DNA of 63,680 bases, counting the filler, from Octopus bimaculoides (lineage: Eukaryota), in assembly GCF_001194135.2 (NCBI RefSeq). It is 6 parts of 5 records of this genome, joined end to end, with 100 filler letters (N's around TTAATTAATTAA, not from the genome) between each part and the next. Parts side by side here need not be neighbours in the genome. Positions count along the whole stretch, not along the records: positions 53,939 to 57,218 come from NW_026329558.1; positions 57,319 to 61,391 come from NC_068987.1; positions 61,492 to 63,680 come from NC_069008.1; 3 more parts are not named here. The stretch is one strand, 5' to 3'. The notes under the pieces were generated by a model. The model searched no databases, was not told where the DNA came from, and worked only from the letters and a program-made list of their open reading frames with translations. A program made the translations under genes and the position numbers. Each line of letters opens with the position of its first letter. Position 1 is the first letter of the stretch. Of the stretch, positions 56,516 to 63,680 are shown piece after piece.

Positions 56516-56712
56516 CAGATCTCAAATTTTAAAGCAAACACATAATTTTCTTATGGTTTCTTAAACATTCACTTGAACAAAACTGTACAAATCGAAATAT
56601 ATGGTACCCTAGGCATAACACCTACATGAACTTCTAACTTGTTGTCTCTTGAGGTTTCTGGGTGAGACTTGGATCCAACTTGTACAAATGCAAAACAAAA
56701 GTCAAACATAAA

Positions 56713-56784
<72 letters not shown>

Positions 56785-56785
<1 letters not shown>

Positions 56786-57218
56786 CAAAGCAAACAAGGT
56801 GAACACGTGGTACAAGGCCGGGAAAATATCAAGGAATGGTGTTTGTAGAGGCCACAGCACATGGAGAACTAGCCCAAAGATTTAAGAAAAATCTGAAGTA
56901 AGCCAAACTCAACATTAAGTTCATTGAAAAGCCAGGGAGCTCCATCAGATCACAATTATGTAGGACGTACCCCTTTGAGAATATTGAATGCACCAATGAG
57001 AACTGCATGGTATGTAAGATGAACATTGGCATTAACTGTAGAGTTAGAAATGTAGTCTACAACATAATGTGCATAGAAGGTGCTTGTAAGGACAAGAACG
57101 TGACATATATTGGTGAAACATCTAGAAACATTGCGGAAAGACTAAATGGCCATTGGGACAATATGACGACAAAAGACAGTCCTTTATACGCATATGCCAA
57201 ACACTAACATGGAGGCAT
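56785..57218 (+). mobile_element. Penelope-like element thumb/GIY-YIG endonuclease fragment
   Basis: IEKPGSSIRSQLCRTYPF...CTNENCMVC...NCRVRNVVYNIMC...TYIGETSRNIAERLNGH; ends at a gap. Confidence 0.88.
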
Positions 57219-57318
57219 NNNNNNNNNNNNNNNNNNNNNNNNNNNNNNNNNNNNNNNNNNNNTTAATTAATTAANNNNNNNNNNNNNNNNNNNNNNNNNN
57301 NNNNNNNNNNNNNNNNNN

Positions 57319-57357
<39 letters not shown>

Positions 57358-58654
57358 TATAGATCTATATGCATACATGTATATGTATACATATGTGTAG
57401 ATGTATATATATATATATAGATGTACATGTAATATGTACACATATATACATATATATATACATGCATACAGATATCTATTCATATATACACCCATAACAC
57501 ACACATATACACACAAACACACACATTAGTCATTTGTTTTCTTATCCAAAACTGCGTCAAAAGTACTGAATGGATTTTTATGAAATTCAGAAATTATATT
57601 CTATGCATAATGGCCATAACCCCCATGAAAATTCATATATTTTGATGTTGATGAAATTTTAACCATACATATTACACACAAATAAAGTAATGTTTCTAAA
57701 ATTTCTTCTTCTTAGAAGTTACAGTCCCCCTTCATGGGGACTTCACACCCACAATTTAGTCATTTTTCCTAAGCAAAGACGAATACAGTTGTACCATTGG
57801 AAGCTATAGGGTCACCTGATCATAACAGATGAGCATTATTTGTAATTCAACAGTACAACAGTGTAAGACTATCCTTTCAGATATACTTACATTGTGATTT
57901 CTGCAATATGGTGCATAAATTGTCAAGTAAATGAAACACATCTTTGCCTCCACTGATTCACTTGCAAAGTGTTGAGTAAAATTATTTCGTTGCAGACCCC
58001 CTTTCAGTCTTTTTATTATCACTGGGTCATACATAGTCCCCAGTTGATAACATTGATTTCAAGGCCTTCCCAGATGAGTGACTGATTGTTCTAAGACATT
58101 TATCGATTATAAATTTTTTCTGCCCAGTTACCTATCGGTAGAGTGGTCATTTGCAAACTCCAGAGGCGACACTTTCATTTCCCTTTACACCAAGCATCAC
58201 ACGTTGTTATTTCAATTGGGTCATGCCCTTCCAATTGCTATAGATCCGTAATGTATCTTACAGCTGTGCCTGTCACCTGTATAGTGAGGAATCCTACATC
58301 GGGGAGTAGTAACAACTAGGCTAGGGTAGTTGACTGATTATCATGATCATTCGTCTTTTGCTTTCCTGTAGCTTTGCTCTCTTTTACAAACCCAGTGAAC
58401 ATACATATATTTCCTATTTCAAAGAAATTCAGACAATACATATTACACACAAGTTAAAAAGATTCCCAACAATTAAACTTTTCTGGTTGACATTAATACA
58501 CCCATCCCTAATAGGGGCCTTAACACCCACATTTTTCAGCTCCATGAGCTCCATTTTTCAGGAGCAAAATCCTTTTAGGGTCCCTGTAGTGTCTTAGGCC
58601 AAAAAAAATTTTAACTTCTTGCATAGTTCGAGCCCACAGTAATATCATATCTTC

Positions 58655-58826
58655 TCCACTATTTCAGTATTACGTGTCAAAAGTGAAACAATAACATCAC
58701 TCTACTGTAATGGCAGATACTTTCACTTTAACACTGAAATTATTCCACTATTTCAGTATTACCTGTCAAAAGTGAAACAGTAACATGTCGCTACTGTAAT
58801 TTTAAATACTTTCACTTTAATACTTT
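58655..58826. repeat. Two-copy 89-bp tandem repeat
   Basis: TCCACTATTTCAGTATTAC.TGTCAAAAGTGAAAC at 58655 and 58744. Confidence 0.9.
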
Positions 58827-59394
58827 CAATTTCATACTGAAACTATTAAAGTGAGACTATACTCTCACATATATACAAGCATACTATAAGACCTAAGTTA
58901 AANNNNNNNNNNNNNNNNNNNNNNNNNNNNNNNNNNNNNNNNNNNNNNNNNNNNNNNNNNNNNNNNNNNNNNNNNNNNNNNNNNNNNNNNNNNNNNNNNN
59001 NNNNNNNNNNNNNNNNNNNNNNNNNNNNNNNNNNNNNNNNNNNNNNNNNNNNNNNNNNNNNNNNNNNNNNNNNNNNNNNNNNNNNNNNNNNNNNNNNNNN
59101 NNNNNNNNNNNNNNNNNNNNNNNNNNNNNNNNNNNNNNNNNNNNNNNNNNNNNNNNNNNNNNNNNNNNNNNNNNNNNNNNNNNNNNNNNNNNNNNNNNNN
59201 NNNNNNNNNNNNNNNNNNNNNNNNNNNNNNNNNNNNNNNNNNNNNNNNNNNNNNNNNNNNNNNNNNNNNNNNNNNNNNNNNNNNNNNNNNNNNNNNNNNN
59301 NNNNNNNNNNNNNNNNNNNNNNNNNNNNNNNNNNNNNNNNNNNNNNNNNNNNNNNNNNNNNNNNNNNNNNNNNNNNNNNNNNNNNNNNNNNNNN

Positions 59395-59443
<49 letters not shown>

Positions 59444-59498
59444 ATGGTTATCTGTAGTGATGACAATGATAACAACAACAGCAATGATAAATTAAGAA

Positions 59499-59753
59499 GG
59501 GAAATGAGGAAAGGTTCTAACTCTGTAGAGATGAAAGTTGAAAAACCTTTATATATGCCAGGTGCAAAGGACCATCTTCAGAAATGTATAATCAAAGAAA
59601 CGTGTATCTATGTAGATCCTGCTATTTAAACGGCAGGATCTACGTAGACACACTTTTCTTTGACTGTATCTCTCTGAAGATGGACCTTTGCACTTGAAAT
59701 ATATAAAGGCTTTTCAACTTCCATTTCTGCATTATTAGCTTTCCTCATTTCCC
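59499..59753. repeat. About 255-bp spacerless palindrome with a hammerhead-like core in each arm
   Basis: Arms about 80% identical by manual alignment, centre TTT|AAA at 59627/59628; CTGAAGA...GAAA-TATA-TA at 59674-59705. Confidence 0.9.
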
Positions 59754-60944
59754 CTTTTCATTTATCATTCTACTTCTGTACTACAATGCTTCAAGCAAAC
59801 TACAACACTCTTCTTTCAACAACAATAATGATTACAATAACTACAACAATGATAGCCATGATGATGATGATATCAGTGGTGGCATTATCAATAATGTCAA
59901 ATATCAAAAACTATAGAACTTACCCACAAGGAGGACATGTCCATTGTCTTGCAGCAGAACTCGACTGACCCTGGAAATGTGTTCTATAGCAAATTTGAAC
60001 ATCACTAACGACATAGGACTTTTACTGTTGGCATTGCATTCATCCAGATAACTGTAGGATTAGAAGAAGGTCACCCTGACATTATATTTCATTTTAGGTA
60101 TACTCAGTTATAATCAATAGCAGAGAATGACATTGGAGTTAAGAAACCTACAGTCAGAATTAATAAAACACTGATTTTAGTTCCGAGTTGCAACTCTGAG
60201 AATTGATTTTGTTGTTGATTAAAACCCTTGGTCAAACTAATTAAGTAGACCTATGATTAAAGACACTCCAAACATGATCCATTCTATCATTGTTTTTAAG
60301 TATGACATATCCTAAGACCATCATTTACTTTTTGAAGACAGAAGGGAATGCATGAGCTGAAGGAAATTTGCTGTCCAATTCTAACATTTGTGCCACAACA
60401 TAAAGGTTCCTTTGTTATCTCAAACTCGGATTTGTATCAGGTCTAGTAAGTTAGGGATCAAATATTTATTTGAAGTATCAGCAGCTCTCCACCATCACTA
60501 ACCAGTTATGTGTTGGCATCACCAAAATTGTAATGTGCCCCTTACAAACACATTTAAACATGCAATGAACCTATTTGCTTGTGTATAGACATCCTGAGTG
60601 GCCCCTGTACCTTGGATTGGCAAAACATTCTGGAGAAATACAGTACTGATTGATCGGAAGTGGAAGCACTGCATACTTAACAAGTGTTTTGCTAGTTTGT
60701 TACGTTAACTCTAAATGCAATCAATGTAAACAGCCCTGAAACCCCAGTTACTTAGCTTTAGTTTCATTATATAAAGCAGATAAATATACTACTGGAAATA
60801 AATATACTACTGGATAGAGAACCAGACTATCACTAGGTAATATTCCAAGAGTATTAGATAGCACCATTATGGATGTAATTAAATAAAATCTGATATTTGT
60901 TTTAGTGCACCAAACTATAGATCCTGTTACTCAACTACAGGGCC

Positions 60945-60978
<34 letters not shown>

Positions 60979-60979
<1 letters not shown>

Positions 60980-61391
60980 GGAATATTCCAGGGAGACATG
61001 CTCTTTCCACTCCTGTTCTGCCTGGCACTCACACCTTTAACAGAATTGCTAAATAGAACTAGATGCGGTTACAAATGCTACGGAAAAACAGTCAGCCACC
61101 TTCTATATATGGATGACCTAAAATTATATGCTAAAAACGACAAAGAGCTAGAAACACTACTACAGACAGCACACGGCTTTACCAAGGAAATAGATATGAA
61201 ATTCGGATTAGAAAAATGTGCCAAAGCAACCCTGAAAAGAGGAAAATTAGTTAAAAGTAGCAATATAACACTAGATAAAGCCAATGAAATAAGAGAACTA
61301 GACGAAAGCCAACCATATAAGTATTTAGGAGTCAATGAACTATATAGTATACAACATACACAAATGAAAGAAAAAATAAAGAAAGAGTACT
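60979..61391 (+). mobile_element. R4/Dong-clade LINE RT fragment, uninterrupted frame
   Basis: GIFQGD...SHLLYMDDLKLY...KFGLEKCAK...YKYLG; starts directly after (AAT)n and ends at a gap. Confidence 0.95.
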
Positions 61392-61559
61392 NNNNNNNNN
61401 NNNNNNNNNNNNNNNNNNNNNNNNNNNNNNNNNNNTTAATTAATTAANNNNNNNNNNNNNNNNNNNNNNNNNNNNNNNNNNNNNNNNNNNNTGATCCCAG
61501 TACTAATTATTTGAGTCAGATATTTATCATATCGATCCCTTTTTCACAAACCCATATTC

Positions 61560-61793
61560 TTTCATTTCTTTATTGCCCACAGGGGCTAAACATAGAGGGG
61601 AGAAACAAGGACAGACAAAAGGATTTAGTCGATTATATTGACCCCAGTGATTAACTACTACTTATTTTATCGACTCCGAAAGTATGAAAGGCAAAATCGA
61701 CCTCGGTGGAATTTGAACTCAGAAAGTAACGGTAGACCAAATACCGCTGTGCATTCCACCCGGCGTGCTAACGATTCTGCCACCTCGCCACCC
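61560..61793 (-). mobile_element. SINE family A variant with alternative 3' tail
   Basis: Family A head and central module, but tail TTTGTCTGTCCTTG...GCCCCTGTGGGCAATAAAG. Confidence 0.85.
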
Positions 61794-61811
61794 TGCTCTC
61801 AAGCATATTGG

Positions 61812-61853
<42 letters not shown>

Positions 61854-61879
61854 TACACATGCATATCTATGGCTATAAT

Positions 61880-62035
61880 GACTGCACCGTTTCCATCAAG
61901 GAAATTCACTAACGAGGCTTTGATCGGCCAAGGACTTGAGTAGGAGACACTTGCTGGTGATGCAGCAACAGTGAGATTGAACCGAAAACCACCTGGTTTG
62001 CAAAAAGAGCTTCTTAACCACACAGCTATACCAGT
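61880..62035 (-). mobile_element. SINE family B, 5' half, decayed
   Basis: GCTTCTTAACCACACAGC...CACTTGC...GGCTTTGATCGGCC...CCGTTTCC. Confidence 0.75.
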
Positions 62036-62160
62036 GTCAAGATGTAGAGCTTTCTTGATGTGTACAGGTTCCAACTTCCTTTTTAATTAATTGGACTTGA
62101 AATACAACAGTAACAACATATATTACTGTATTGCTCCACTCCTATTTCTGTAATATAATA

Positions 62161-62405
62161 AAAAAATAAATGCGCCCTTTTAAAGCCTAGCCAGGCTCAT
62201 GAGCCCTTTTTCCCGGTTTCAATGGCGTATGTGTTCCCCAGCTGGACAGGGCGCCAGTCCATCGCAGCGTTACTCATTTTTGCCAGCAGAGTGGACTGGA
62301 GCAACGTGAAATGAAGAACACAACGCGTCGCCCGGTCCAGGAATCGAAACAACAAACTTACGATCATGGTGCTGACACCCTAACCACTAAGCCACGCGCC
62401 TCCAC
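62161..62405 (-). mobile_element. CORE-type SINE (family D), near full length
   Basis: GTGGAGGCGCGTGGCTTAGTGGTTAGGG head, GTTTCGATTCC B box, A-rich tail; short deletion in CORE. Confidence 0.88.
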
Positions 62406-63389
62406 ATTTCTGTGATATAGGTTGTCTTTAAGCTAATAAGTAATTTATCTAATGATCAATTACACATTTACTGTTGAGTTCATAATTTCAATAATTAAAG
62501 AATCTCGGTATTAGAGAAGTATTTATCAGAATTTTCCCAGAGGTGATTTCACATCATGCTGGAAATAAGAGCCAGTTTCTCTAAAATTTACCTTGTTTTT
62601 CATACAACACTGAAGGACACTTTAAGAAGTACTTCTAAGAATGTTTTTCGATATGCAGTCAAACTTTATGCTAGAGATAGAAACTGGCTTGAAATTCATT
62701 TCGTTTTTCATGCAAAAACTGAAAAACACTTAAGAAGCATTTATAAAAATTAACTTCATGCTAGAAACAGCAACTAAGTGCCTTCAAATTTGTGTTGTTT
62801 TTTATATAGTAGTAGTAATACTCATTGTTACTTGCAGTAGCTGATGGAGTAGCTGATTCCACAGCAATATTCATCGACCATATCCATCCATACCAGATGA
62901 CCACCACCATTGAACACATTAACCATTCAATCTGAAATTGTCCTCTTTCGAGTCAATTTCTTTGTATCTGGTGATAAGTTGAGCTGATGTAAATACACAC
63001 ATGTTAAAGACTGCTTTGGTAGAATGGTTTACAGATGTGGGTTCAAATCCTACAGGCAGCCTTCGAATATTTCCAGCCTACAGACTTACTGTTATATTCT
63101 GATTCTGTTTCAGAATGTAACAAATATCTGTAAACTATAACAAGAAAATAAAACTGAACGTCTGTCAGAATCTATAAAAATATATACTGTTATGATAGAG
63201 TAGTTTGGGTGAAGCATTGGGGAAAGCGTTGTGATATTAAATTGAATCAAAACCAGTGGACCCACCAAAGCCATGCAATGCAACTAAGGCCATCTTGGAA
63301 TGAAGGAAGCTGTCTTCATTGAAAAGATGAAGAAAAGAGAGTTAAACGACACAAGAACTACACAAAAGAAGACTGGTTACTATTGTAAA

Positions 63390-63680
63390 GGAGGCACCAC
63401 GGCCCAGTGGTTAGAGCAGCGGATTCGTGGTCATAGGATCGCGGTTTCGATTCCCAGACCGGGCGTTGTGAGTGTTTATTGAGCGAAAACACCTAAAGCT
63501 CCACGAGGCTCCGGCAGGGGATGGTGGCGAACCCTGCTGTACTCTTTCACCACAACTTTCTCTCACTCTTACTTCCTGTTTCTGTTGTGCCTGTAATTCA
63601 AAGGGTCAGCCTTGTCACACTGTGTCACGCTGAATCTCCCCGAGAACTACGTTAAGGGTACACGTGTCTGTGGAGTGCTT
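63390..63680 (+). mobile_element. SINE family C, cut by window end
   Basis: Matches 37576-37870. Confidence 0.92.

Noticed and set aside
57804-58060. Minus-strand open frame ending at a GTAAGT donor (57890)
   Set aside because: No convincing acceptor and the product is not recognised.

Overview
AT-rich, repeat-saturated eukaryotic sequence with about 5.5 kb of N in 18 gaps. It is most likely octopus. This is inferred from tRNA-derived SINEs resembling the octopus OK/OR families, TTAGGG repeats and very dense microsatellites; five 100-bp gaps also carry an artificial TTAATTAATTAA linker. No host protein-coding gene can be supported, and most ORFs in the supplied track are microsatellite or N artefacts. 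Recognisable content: about ten fragments of R4/Dong-clade LINEs (restriction-like endonuclease, RLE), mostly abutting (AAT)n/(CAA)n tracts and three with large internal deletions; three Penelope-like fragments; CR1- and RTE-like LINE remnants; a Helitron fragment fused to a LINE RT; a MULE-like remnant; mariner, hAT and Kolobok-type MITEs; and many copies of at least four SINE families (my labels A-E) that share modules. The most interesting signals are several hammerhead-ribozyme-like cores of the Penelope/retrozyme type (22834-22897 minus, 42575-42622 plus, 59670-59709 plus), the last inside a ~255-bp spacerless palindrome. All family assignments come from manual translation and motif recall, not database searches.
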